Under the pieces are notes generated by a model, which saw only the letters and a list, made by a program, of their open reading frames with translations, ran no database searches and was not told where the DNA came from. Made by a program: the position numbers and the translations under genes. This document shows positions 1 to 12,794 of a DNA stretch of 47,841 bases, in pieces. The stretch spans positions 186,001 through 233,841 of the forward strand of contig JADIIX010000016.1 of NCBI GenBank assembly GCA_027604505.1. The letters run 5' to 3'. Every line of letters begins with the position of its first letter. Position 1 is the stretch's first letter. The DNA comes from Gonapodya sp. JEL0774. Taxonomy: Eukaryota.

Positions 1-2665
1 CCCAATCTGTTTCAACCCCTCCAAAGCCTTCCTCCACAAGGCGATCGGGTCCGGCGGCGGAGGACGGCCAGCTTCAATGCCTAACGGCACTGGGCCGGGT
101 TTGACGCGATATGGTGGGGCGATGGAGTTTGCGGTTTCCACGACTTCAGCAGACGTTGAGGAGAAACTGATCGAGGGACCGTTCGCGGTTCCGACATCAA
201 TTGCTACATCGGTGTCACCGACCACGTCCACATCTCCATCCCCTGTGACAGATGTATCAAGTGTACTGTCAGCTTGCTCATCGCTCAAACCTTTCATAAG
301 GAGGGCACTACCCGGTGATGCTGATTCTTTTCCTGTCGTGTCTTGTGCTCCGCTCTGTACATGCCATTCGGCCTGCTGCTCCTCCCGCTGAATTGAACCT
401 TCCGCCCCTTCCGCGGCGGCTTCTCCTCCCTCTCCTTCCCCTACTCCCTCCGTCTTCACTCCCTCCATTTCTTCCTTTCCCATCAACTCCCGCTCTCCTT
501 GTTCTTCCTTTCCCTCTCTTTCCTCTTGCTCCCCTTGCCGAAGATTGTGCTCCTTCCTAGGCATCTGAACCCACCCACCCTTGATCCAATACTGTAACCC
601 TCCTTTTCCGATCCTACTTCTTCCCCACTCTATCACATGTTCATGTGCATCTGGCACACCCTCGTCACCGGGGGCGAGATGGGAAGCGATGTAGCCTAAT
701 CCGGCAAGGCGGCGCGGGAGGGTCAAAGATGTGGGGAAGGAGAGGGTGTATGATGTCGGTGGGAGAGTTGGAGAGGGGGAACGGGAAGGAGAAGGGGATT
801 GGGAGCGGCGAGAAGGGGAAGGAGACATTCGGGCGGAACCCGGGGATGGAGAACCGGAAGAGGCTGTACAGGGTGATGAGATGCGGCCTGGCAAGGCATC
901 TTTCAATGCCATGTCCTCCATGTCTTCTTCAACATTTTGTTCGTGGTCTCCTTTCACTCTTTCTTGATCTGGCACCTCCAAGGTCCCATCACTTGTATCA
1001 CGGCCCAGCGCTACTAGAGCCTTTGCGATCCCACTCCCTGAATTGTTTCTCTGTCTGGAACTCGGGCGTCTATACGCTGGTATGGACAAATCCATCGAAG
1101 GGATGAGGAAGTTGAGGAGGGGATTTGTTGGAGGTGCAGAAAGAGGTTCCGCGAGTGCAGGAACTGCTAACGCATTGGTAGGGGGAGCGCCTACTACCGT
1201 GCCGTTTGTTCTCACATTGAGAGCGGAAGAAGCGGAGTCGGGTCCGGCTGTTGTGAGTGGTGGCGCAAAGGGATCGGAAGGGGCCATTCCGTTTGTGGTT
1301 CCGCCTCCACCTCCGCCTGGACCATGCGGTGCCGCGGCAAGGCTGGAGATGATGTCGGTGAGTCCTGTGCAATACAGATGTGGGGGTTTTTATGAATGAC
1401 AAACCAGGTGGTAGCATCGACGCACGAACAACGCCAGTCGGTACTCACCAATAGGGAATGGTCCCGGATCGAGTCGAACAAAGCCACCCTTGACGAGCTT
1501 TCCATCATTGATGTTGTTCTGGAGTTGCCCATGCCCTTGATACCCTGAGGAGCCCTGTTGACCATGCCCTGGGATGACGAATTCGTACTCGACGGTTGAT
1601 GACGCATGTCCATGGCCGCGTTGGCTGTTGGCGGGGCCACGAAAGGAATGTGGCGTCTGCGCTGACTGCGAGAGTTGGGAAAGTTGAGAGTCGAGGAGGA
1701 GAGAGAAACCTGCAACTGGGTCTGTTGTATTCGGCGAGATATCCGGACAAAGCATCGGCGGACCGTCAGTAGCAGTTTGAGTGTTCTCACAGCTCCACAT
1801 TCAGGATCAATCCTCCACCCATAATCAGACGTCAGTGCCTTTCAAACGACGTGTTCCTACCGAACTGCTTGATATCTCCCCGCTTCGCACTTAATAAGTT
1901 CAGCCTTCTTCGTCTAGCTGTAACAAGGTCCCACTCGAGGATGTTGCGGCTTCTATGCATGTCATCCCGACTGCTGCAACCACCCCTGCCACACGTGTGA
2001 AACTCACCTCGTCCACCGACCAGTGCAGAATCACTCGGTAGAGTACCATTTGCACCCATGGAAAGTGCCCCGTCGACGTCTATGTTGGGCACGACCTGGG
2101 ACGGCAACGTATGGGGAACTACCACCGGCAACCGCACGTTGGGATTATTCGGTTCCAGCGAGAGCCAATCACGCGCGAAGGCATGCAAATCCTCCGCTCT
2201 GACATTCAGTTCGTCGAGCGCTCGGGCGGTGTCTGCCAAGTCTGTATTCGTACGACCTGCGAATTCCGCCCAAAGTCGTGCGCGTCGTGCGAGAAGCGAG
2301 AGGTAGGTGAATGCAAGGTCTGCAAGCGTGTCGACAGCGGATAAAGTTGCCCGCTCAAATCCTGCTTGAACAACAACCTGGGCAGTGAATAGGCGAGCAA
2401 TAGAAGCCGAAAATGCGGGAGCACCGTTTGAGCGGGAAGACGGGACACCGAGAATCGAAAAGGGATTGGACAGAGGTTGAAGTGGGAGGTGCTGGTATTG
2501 AGAGAGAGGGTGATGCGGGTGCGAGGAGTGTTGGCTGTGTCCAGTGTGAATGATTCCTTTCGCCCTTCTTCCACTTTTCCCCACCCCAGCTTTGGCGCGC
2601 TGCACTTTGTTGATCACAGGCGTGTCCACCGGAGCGAATGGATTCTCGTCTTTGTCCACGTCCAT
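1..2665 (-). CDS. Bromodomain-associated (Bromo_TP) histone-fold protein, TAF3/TAF8-like; multi-exon, 3' end runs off the window
   Basis: ATG 2665 (MDVDKDEN). Histone-fold segment IARLFTAQVVVQAGFERATLSAVDTLADLAFTYLSLLARRARLWAEFAGRT is typical of Bromo_TP. Phase-consistent introns 1710-1860 and 1365-1448. The last exon stays open to position 1 (S/P/R-rich, then E/G-rich). Confidence 0.75.
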
Positions 2666-3400
2666 TGCTGAAGTTGATGCGCAGCGACTGTTTCTTTGGA
2701 ATCCGTCAAGGACCAACCAACTGATTCACTGCCTCTGTGATTATTTTCGTGTCTCAGTCGCTCGTTTTGACAGTAGAGCCTGTCTTCCATCGTCTCTTGT
2801 CCTTCACCCTTCGAATCTCTTTCGTCTTGGTGTATTCACTGGAATCTCCTCGCGAACGGTGTGAAAACCTTGGGGTAACATCCAGCAACTCGGCTGTGGT
2901 CGGGCGCCCGGCCACTGATTACATTTATCAGATACATAGGCACCCAGCCCCTCACACTATACCAACTGCTTCCTGAGAAATAGATTTCATCTTGGTTCGA
3001 AGCCGTTCTAATGTTAGCCAATGGGCTTATCAGTGAAAAGCGATTGAACGGGAAGATTGGGATGCGGCCTGCTGATTGTGTTTATTTACAGCGTACATAG
3101 CAAGAATCATGCTGGGCACACAAGGTGAGTGGTAGAAGCTGACCATTGGGTTTAATTTGATCACCAGCAAGCTGACGTCCTTACATTGAAAAGTCACATG
3201 GCAAAATCATGTTTCATCTACTACACACAAAAAGTGACATATTCGCTCCCAAGTAAAAATCAGAGAGGGTTGACCCGAGAGCGGGCCGTGCGATTGCACA
3301 CAACATTCGGAGTCGGAGTTTCTTTCCAAACTTGGAAAGGCGTGCCCCCCACGTGTTTTGACCTTATCATACTCACCTGTCCCCGAAACCCGGAAACACG

Positions 3401-6042
3401 ATGAAAGCTTTCAGCGTGATTCTAGCAGCAGCTTTGCTCTCCTCCAGGGCGGATGGATGGGTGCTCAATCCGGGCCCAACGTTTGGCGCTGTCGCCAAGA
3501 ACAAAGTAGGTCGTCGAGATTCCCCGCGCGCGACAACAGAAGCCTTCAATGGCTCGCAACACGAATTGATTGTCTTAATGCCGAGAATCGATCATCGCGA
3601 TCGTTGCTCTTTCTCATTTAATCAAACCTTGCATTTTGGTATTGAACGTCCTTGACCCAATTCTCATCCATTTTATCTTCATTCAGGTCTGGCCAAAGGC
3701 ATCTTCAGCATGGAAAACTCTCGATGGCTCTCCATCGTTCTCGGCTTGCCATCGTGGGTCGCGTTGGCATCTTCCCGAGGAATCCGCTGGTGCCTACTGG
3801 GAAGGAGCTCTCACCAACTGCGAGTGGAACGAGCCCGACATTGTGTGGACTAGTGATGGTGTTCCAAGTGAGTGATGACTGCAGCATCTTGGGTTGGAAA
3901 GTATGCATGACACTCATGCATGTAACTCCTCGTTGAATTAAATAAAGTGGTGTCTCACGATTCTTTTGCCGACCCTGCGAGTGAGATGACATCACACTGA
4001 CTTAATACTACCAACTGCGGAGCTCACAACGACTTTGCTTTCCTTGCTACCGCGCATTCGCCTATACTGTTCGCAGTCACGAATGTGGGAACGAACCCGT
4101 ACTTTGCGGGCAAGAACCGCACTCTCTGCTCGCTTTTTGAGGACCAGTACTTATGGTAAGCCCCCGCTTCAAGGTGCACTCATTTGTGGCTACTCAAGCC
4201 AATATATTATTCCTCTGTGGCGGCCCGTTGGTAATATAATATACCTTCTTCATGAACTTACTCAGCCAGGTTTGCACAATCTTCTATACTTTGTTGCCTC
4301 TTTAAAACCGTCATTTCATTTTCTCTCGTTTTAGAACAAGTACTGGTTCTCAGACTTCAATGTGACTGAGGTCAAACTCTTGAACGAAATTCAGAACACT
4401 GGCCGCGCGTATCCAAAAGGTTACCGTCCAAACTTCGTGAGTATACGGTCAAGCGTTATTTTCCAATTTGTGACCGTCCTGAAGTAGTGGCTGTCTCACA
4501 CACATTTGCAGTACGATTCGACATTCAAGGTTCTGACGTTCCAGGAGTTCATTGACATTAATATTAATGTCTCCACCATTATCAACACCACACTGGGTCT
4601 GATTCCAGAGCTCAAGCAGGTGAACACTACAGTTCCCCAAGTACATTTAATCCGAACGTCTTTAATGCATCGTTCCCTGTCCAGCCGTTCCTACAAAACA
4701 CACAAGTTCTGAACAAGGTTGACAACACCACCGAAGCCAAGTTCCGCAAGGCTTACTTTGATTTGGTCGATGGCATCGACCCAACATATAACCACACTGC
4801 TGAGGACAACTTTATGGCTCTTCTTAAGAAGAACAACCTTCCCAGTGGTAATTGAGTGCACTTATGCTTGATATCAACTGCTCCTCACTGGCTAATGCAA
4901 TGGTTCCGTCAACAGCAAGGAACCCCGTCGTCATCCAATGCTTTGAGTATGAAACTATTCAATACTTGGCACGCAAATACCCCAATAAGAGCGGATTCAA
5001 CGCCCTCCTCTTCCTCCTTGACATCAAGTATGTGTGTTACGTTCAGTTGGGCATCTCATGAAGACACCCCTTTACTCTGCTAATTTCCCGTCGTTCGTGG
5101 TGTCTTTTCTACTCTCTCCATAGCTGGTGGCCTTTGACTCCCAAGGGAATGGAGTGGGTACTATTTACTCGCAACAGCCAAAGTTCACGTTTCTCACAGT
5201 GATCGTGTCTGTAGCCGGATCGCGGCTTTGCAGAAAGAGACGAACAACACCATTTACGTTGGCCCGTGGAAAGACGTGGGTCTTCTGGGTGATGCATGCC
5301 AGTGTTTGTGAGAAAGTAGCGCTCAAAACCGTCTGCGCCCCGCCGCGCAGAGCTTGTATGACGGAATCTACCTGTACGCACTCTCCACATCTGCTGGATA
5401 CGGAATTGATTATCTCGACGCCAAGACGAATCCCGACCTTCAGTACCCCGGTTACAAGGTGACGGACATTGTCGACCCAGATGTGAGTTCGATATCCACG
5501 TCGCTCGTGGAGTCGAATGCACCATGACACTAACTAACACTCCACTAAGCAAACTGTCAACGAGCTCCACAAGCGGAAACTCGGATATCTTGGATATACG
5601 TACTACGACTCTCGCCAGGACCCGCTTTACAATTGTGTGGACGTGAGTATCGGGCTGGGGAACTGGGCCTGGACTTTCACTGTCTCTGACAAATTGTTTA
5701 ACTCTAGCCTGCCGGCTATAAAAACATCACCGAGGTTTTGGCGAAGCTCTGGTACACACCAAAACCCTGCCCTAAAAACAAACGCATGGAATTCTTTGAC
5801 CAGTTTGCTATGGGTGTCGATGGATTCTTTGTTGAGAACAATGCGGAATTCGCGCAGCTCCGCAACGAGTACAATAACCTGCTGCTTGCCACTACTCGTA
5901 AGTCTTGACTGCGTTCCCGATATTCACCCGTCTTGAGATACAAAACTAATACCCCTATTCGGTCATTGCAGCTGCTGATGGCGACTATTTCAAAAATCTA
6001 TTCATTGGTTTGAATGACACTGGCATCAAGGTTGTGTTTTAG
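3401..6042 (+). CDS. Secreted glycerophosphodiester phosphodiesterase (GDPD/GlpQ-like, PLC-like), many introns
   Basis: Signal peptide MKAFSVILAAALLSSRADG. Spliced motifs ACHRG..LPEES..AY, EPDIVWTSDGVP|MVSHD (second catalytic His), FKVLTFQEFI, LIPELK, VVIQCFE, GVDGFFVEN. Stop TAG 6040-6042. Confidence 0.85.
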
Positions 6043-7065
6043 TTGGTTCTCGTGAAGCAGCCTCTGGAGAACCCGGGGAATGCTGGCACGGGAAATTTTG
6101 CGTAGATAAGCGCAGTACTTATTACGGGAAATTAATAATTACAAGTACTACTTGAACTTTCGAACAAGAATGTCAGTGCAAGTCGTTCAACTAGAGAAGA
6201 GATGCGTTTCCCAGTACTCCCAAAAAAACGTCACTGATTTCATTTCACAAGCCCACATTGATACACAACGGAGATCCATCACGCTTAGTATTGGCGAGCT
6301 AAAGACAGAAATCGAAATCGAGGAATAGAAGTGCAGGAAGACGACGAGGGGTAAATAGAAAATGGGGAGTCCAGTTCTTCAAGTTGACAGGTGAATTCAA
6401 ACGCAATTGTGGACAGAGACAGGTTAGCATCGACTCAAAGACAATATCGGAGGTTGAGTTGAGAGTGTGATTTGTTTGCGTCGTGTTTCAGAATGTTCGG
6501 TTGACGCTGTAGCTTCGCAATTGTTCTCTTGCGTTCGCTTCAGAGGCAAGTGAACTCAAATTCCTTCATTATGGGCTCTGTTAGGATGGAGCAGCGTTAT
6601 GTTCGGTTGCTTCCAAGAGAAGGGAGACACTTGCAAAGGAGATGGATGGAAAGACCCAGGAAGAACAACTTCCAAACTAAAAAGAGCATCATAAAAGTAG
6701 GGGCGGCCGTACCGGAACCCTGGAGTAGCGCCACAAGCTTCAGCAAGTCAAGTTGATGAATGTCACGACAAGATGATGGAAAGTTGCATGGAAGCGAGAA
6801 TCAATCGAGAATCAATATACATAATAATATGCACACATTTCACATTTTCATTTCTAGCACCAGAAGCTTTCGTCCTCGCTCGCAAAGATATGTACACACA
6901 AGCAATGGCTTTCCCGTTGGAGGACTCACAATATTCCAGGCGTGCAGCAATGATGGATCCGGTGCGCGTGTTCCATCTCGCCGACTTCCCGTGTAGCCGC
7001 AGTAATGGATCCCGCCCATGTACCACAAGTACTAATGCCTGACGGTCGCAAGATATTATTCAGCG

Positions 7066-8015
7066 ATGTCCGTAAAGATTATACAGATCAGCCGTCGGCG
7101 GGCTGGTATCACGCAAAGGGAATTTCGTCACTCTTTCTTTCAGGGTCACGGGCATGTGAGCGCAAACGCCCCGAATTCTAAAGAAAACCTACGGTACGTT
7201 GAACTGTCCTGTATCTCCTCCCAGCGCCAGTTGTAGCTTATGAAACCGGATCCAATGTAGCCAATACTTCCAGGTTCACTTCTTTGATACTGCCTACCAC
7301 CAAAGTCCCCCACCTCCGAATGCGCATGTGCCCCCGCCCATCGCTGCCAACTTCAACCCTCGCTGGGGTTTCCACGATGGTCTTGCCGAACTCTACTTTG
7401 ACGACATGGAGCATGTCCACAAAACACTCAGTTGCGAATACACAAAGAAGGTGGTGGGACCAGATGCCCTTAGATTCATTGATTTTTCTGCTGGAATCAA
7501 CGTTCTTGCTCGAGAAGTGGACATCATATCCGGTCCAAAAGACGATACCAATGGTTCTGTGACCGCGATTTTGGCTCTCGCCCTAGCGAATCTGGACGGG
7601 AACGCTGAGGCAGCGTTGACCACCCAGTTGACGGACATTCTTCTGCAAGAGATCGGAAAGGGCCTCCTTGCCTTCCAAGCCAACTACGCCATGCAATCAA
7701 CGGGGGACCAACTCTCTAAGTACTTCGGAACTCAGAGTGGAACCCCACAACTATCAGTTGTGTACATCGCCCGCCTCGCAGGGCCGGAGCTGCTCCATGT
7801 TTTTCGTGAAGCACAAAAGAGGTTCGAGGATGCTACTGCGGGAAAACTGAACCTGCAGAACTCGTTTGTTGCACTTGGTAGAAGAGGTTTAGTGTTCAAC
7901 ACAACTACACCGGTGGGTTCGTTATGAGATGCAACTTGATGATCTCTTGTCACTCACTCCTTTCTTTTCCTTTTTCATTCAGTTTGATGCCAGTCGCGTC
8001 CCCTTGCCATTCTAA
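7066..8015 (+). CDS. EthD-domain (dimeric alpha-beta barrel) protein, 3 exons
   Basis: Exon 1 MSVKIIQISRRRAGITQREFRHSFFQGHG (EthD N-terminal RRxG.T..EF...H pattern). Intron 7194-7260, then YFQVH..HDGLAELYFDD..VVGPDALRFID. Intron 7913-7982, last exon FDASRVPLPF* (TAA 8013-8015). Confidence 0.7.
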
Positions 8016-8229
8016 GCGTAAAATAAATCAGACGCATAAGGAGGACCCGAGTGTATGACGTAAAATTTATGATGATTTCATGCAGCTGGGTGTAGCAGCG
8101 GCGGTGGCTCTGGTTTATGCGTAGTGCGTTGTGTCCAAAGCAATTGGCCCCACCCCTCCCATACTCCAGTTCACTTTTGACCCAAGCCACTCACTTGGAC
8201 AACATACTACGTACTATCCGTGCAGAAAT

Positions 8230-11200
8230 ATGACGGAGGTTACAATCGAAGTTGGAGGAGGACCACGATTGTTTCCCGGGCTTCCATCCGAGGTAAGTTA
8301 TTAGATCCGGAGTGGTTGAGGAACGAAAGGCGCGCCCCTGCAACATCTATGTGCTTCTGACCACTTTCCTCTCCACCAAAACAACACGCAAACTTGCCAA
8401 TTCTGCTTTGCACCGTTCATCCCTTCTTCCACCGTCCCCTACAGCTTCAGGGCCATGTTCTGGTTTATCTGGATCCTGAATCCTTGTCCAAAATCAGACT
8501 GGCCAACAAAGCTGGAAACGATATTCTCAGGGAGCCGACAGTACGTTTTACTCTTTAATTTCAGTGGCATGCCCTCATCTAATGCCTGATTTCTACCAAA
8601 ACTCCTGGCGACACCGATGGGTCAGTTCCGTGCCCGGTGGCTTATTGCGCATTATACTACAGTTGGTGCCCTTTACTGGGGTCTCAAGAAACACCGAGCG
8701 CTACTCAGGCTCAGGTCCCCCGACACTGGTGAGACCGTAGTTGACGCCCTCGTGATTCAAGGTGTGCGCGTCTCCAGGTATCTGCTCCAGGAGTTTGGAC
8801 TCTGGCTTTTTAATATGGACAGTCATGTGAGTGCGCTTAGAAGTATCTGGGGCAATGATTCCCTCGGTTCACTGCCAAAATCCAGGCTTTGCCCCAACTG
8901 AAACTTCAATATTGATTTGCAGTATCGCTACTCTCAAATCGAGGCTCTCACGGATGAGCGTCCACTGACCTCCGACGATCAACCTCCGTCAGGTCTCCCT
9001 CGAGTAGCCGACCATGCACTGTATGGCCACCTGCTCAAGCACGCGATGTCACAATACCCGCCCGACTCAATTCGCTTCGCTCACTCTGATATCTACATCG
9101 CTCGGATGCTCACAAGCCCGGAAGATGTCGATGATTTACCCCAACAAGTTGGTGCGGACAACTCCTGGATAGGTCAGACGAAGGCATTTGTTCAGGGCAA
9201 TCTCCCCCGTCTCCTCGAGCTCGTGGAACAGTTCGATTTCGTGCCAGTTCCTCCCGTATTCCTTCACCGCTATCAGAATGATTCCGAGGCGCTGAATCAA
9301 CTCGTTGTGGAAATTCTCGCTGGCTTGGCAATTGGAGCACCAGACCTGTTGTCCCAAGTGCTGATACCCACTAAAACAATCCTAAGCTTCGCCGAGGCCG
9401 AATACCGCCTACCCTCCGCTATCGCAGGACTCTACGAGCGCATTATGGAGAAAACGGGCCCTACTGCAGACACACCCAAGCAGTTATCTGATGTGCTCAT
9501 CCACCCGGACTTTCCCCGTGCTCTCTGCTTTCCGCGGGAGGTGCTTCGCTGTTTCCTTGAGCGACAGGACATATTTTATCTCAATTACCTCCGGGACACG
9601 GCGGCGCGCGTACCAGAGCCAGATGATCCGGAATTTGCTAAAGAGGTGGACGAGTTCTTGATGAAGGACAGCGAGGAGGCCGGAATAGCTCCAACGAGGC
9701 AAAGGACAGGCAAGGCCGATATCTTCGTGGAAGCGCTGGCCAAAAACATGTTTAGGAGCAAGTGGGATCAGCTATTGGAGCCGCGTTCATCCGGGACCAC
9801 AACAGCAACTGGAGCCGCTGCGGCCGAGGCTACCACGGAAGGCACCCCTACGAGTCCCAGCGCAGCAGCTGACGAGTCGAATGCACCTCTAGTGATCATT
9901 GAATCAGGAGAAAAACCTCCGGCACCTAAAAGACAGCGACTGGATTCTACGGACCAGGAGATCATGACCAACATTGTGAAAGCCATGTGGGCGGAGCGTA
10001 AGTGAGGCAAAAAGTCATTTCGTTACCATTTCATCTCACCATGATGAATTCCGGGCTTAGCTGATGACCGGGTGAAGTTCCTCAAGCGCCTTGTCCTCGA
10101 CCCTCATGACTGGGCTGCCGAGCTTGCAGCGTTATCCCCCAGCGTGCCCTTCTCAGACGTACCACGTGTTGTCGGACTTCCCAAACTTAAGCCAATGGAC
10201 GGATCGAGGGTGAACTTTGTGGCCGAGGTATGCGATTGCAGGAGTACTATTCCCGCATGAAATTTGCCCACATCGAACGTGCCATTCATTTCCCTTGGTC
10301 GATTTGCTCATGGGAACTACATTGAAGATTTTTCGCGGTTTGCTGGACTCAAATGCGAATGAGACTGTCCCAACCATGGAAGCAATCTGCAGTGGTAAGT
10401 GGATGCGAAGCACCATTTGGTGAATATTCTCACCAGCATCTTCAACAGACATGGTTGACTCTTGCTTCGTCCACCTCATGCTTGACACTCTGACTTACCC
10501 CAGTGACGTTGTAGAGGATGAAAAAGCAGAAGACATGAAGTCGTTGACGACTAATTGGATGCCCGGACCATGTGTATTGGCGACCGTTGCTTTTGGGTAA
10601 GGACCACGTCGTCGACCTGCATCATAGGCCCAAAATACACATGTGAGCCTATTCTCCCCAATTTTAGTGGAGCAATTCTCATTTCAAAGTTCATGGCGGC
10701 CGGGGAGGTTAAAAACATTGATCGATACCTGAGGAAACGCGAATGGCCTCCAATTGAACCCACACTCGAACCCACGGCTTCTACCACGTCCGTAACCTCC
10801 TCTACAAACGACACTCCTGTCACAGCTACACCCGTCACGGCCGGCCTCGGGTCGGCAACAGGTTCAACGAGCTCAGTTAGTTCGAGTGTTCTGCCCAGCT
10901 TAATTGAGACTATACCACCTGCAAATGCAGAGTCAGAGAAGGAGAAACGAACCCGACTGGGATATGCCATGGTGGAGAGACTGGCAGTGTGCGTGGAGAC
11001 AGTTGGCGAGCTGATGTTGGTTAGTGCAGTGCGCAACGCCGCGATATCTTCAGTAATTGCGAGCTGCTGAAAGGCTTTGTCTTCCGTCTAACAGAAAGTC
11101 AGCGAAGTGAAGGTGAATGATGCTGGAACCAATGTGATGCGTAGCGATGAGTTGGCGAGACTCGTCGAGCTCATTCTCCAACACGAAGAACGTGCACGCT

Positions 11201-12654
11201 TGGCGACCCTCTGTGGCGGCACCCCGCCTCCAACCATTCCAAAGGGACCTGTGTCCTTGACCGGGTTGCTGCCGACCGCTGCATCTGTCGTGGACCCTTC
11301 ATTCGCTGACACATCAGCAAACGGGTTCATTTCCTCCATACACCAGCAACCCTTGTCGGCTGATCCAGGTTTACCGAGTGCGGTAGCGGATGGTGTGCCA
11401 GTGTTAGAAGAAGGGGATCAATCTCCCTGTTCTCCTACTCCCACGCCGTCTGAACGCCCGATTCTCACACCACTCAGTATTTCTCCTACTCCTGCAACCG
11501 AAATTCCGAGTAGCATGCTATTTCACAAGTTTCCACACCCTAACGTTCACTCGTTGCCCTCACTACTTGCATACTTTCGGCTACTCGTTGATCACTATTC
11601 AAGTATCATCCATAAAGCGGAGTTGGCGCGTCGAGGTGGCCGTGGAATTGCGGACTCTGTTCTGGAAGGATCCACGCTGCGAGCTCTGTTCTCTCCGACC
11701 AGCGCGGTGCCAAACATAGAAGACTTGAAAGCGTATGAAGATCATGTGAGGAAGCAAGCGAAGCCACGAAGACCTCCTATCAAATATGGGCAGTGAGTAT
11801 GAATTTCCATTTTTTTGGGGGATCATTGGCAACGGACCTGGTGTACTGGCAGGTCGTACGGTTTGGGAACTCGTGGTAACAGAGACACTGCAAACGAAGT
11901 GTCAATGGAGTGGGAGCCACGATCGCCGGAAAAGGTTCTGAGCAAAATCCATATCTACGCCGGAGAGTACTTAGAACGTGAGCATCCTCGTCTAGCTTTG
12001 TGCTGGAGCATGACCTTACTGTATCATTCCTCAGGGATTACATTCTGCTTCTCTGATGACACCCGAAAATCCGTCGGACGGCTCCTCTTCTACAAACCAC
12101 CAGACTTCACTCTCGTTGTTCCGCCTGGCGAGCACATCAGGAGCGTCAGTGGGCGATCTGGACATTGGATTGATGGTGTTCAGATCCAGCTCACTGATGG
12201 AACAAAAACTCCCTACCTAGGGGGACAGGGGGGTAGTGTGTTTTCAAGCGCAGGAGGAGCAAGCAGCGGCACGAAGCCCGTTGTAGGCGGTGTCAAAGCG
12301 TATGGAGCGACGGATCACTATGTGACCAAGCTGGGTTTTGGATTCTGCGACCTGGAGTGGGAACAGAATCTCAAAACTCGGAAAGGAGCGCGCAGCGGCG
12401 ACGCGGGCTCGGATGATGGTGAAAATGAAGAGGCAGGCTACACAGAAGATGCACTGATGGACTTGCGTGCTCTTTTCCCGCCTGGTGCGGATTCTGTCAC
12501 TCTTCTGTTAGAAGTGGGAGAAGATGGTTCTGAAGGTCAGACATTGACAACGCAGGTAGAAAGCAATGTTGACCCAGTTGGAGAGGGTCCTTCTACTGGA
12601 GATGAAGACGTGAGTGTTATGGCCTTCTCCGCGGAACTCTCACCAACCCGCTAA
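8230..12654 (+). CDS. F-box protein with C-terminal jacalin-like (beta-prism) lectin domain
   Basis: Exons 1+2 give FPGLPSE|LQGHVLVYLDPESLSKIRLANKAGNDIL (F-box). Phase-compatible GT..AG introns join the ORFs at 8617, 8917, 10072, 10555, 11107 and 11815. C-terminus GEHIRSVSGRSGHWIDGVQIQLTDGTKTPYLGGQGG..YVTKLGFGF (jacalin-like), then an acidic tail. Confidence 0.7.
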
Positions 12655-12794
12655 CGATATGTATGTATTTTAATATCTATAAGTCTTCTGCTAGCAGTGG
12701 ATGGTTTGGGTCCCTTCATGCCTTTGTCGGACAACTCTTTGGAGCCTCAGAGGATGAAACTACGTAGATTACTGTGTATTCCGACATACCAAAT

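Noticed and set aside
400..900. Strong purine/pyrimidine-skewed tracts and plus-strand ORFs
   Set aside because: Explained by E/G-rich and SP/SR-rich coding on the minus strand. The plus-strand ORFs are shadows.
6240..6330. Short peptide AHIDTQRRSITLSIG resembling a retroelement protease tail
   Set aside because: Too short, with no catalytic DSG/DTG motif, RT or LTR nearby.
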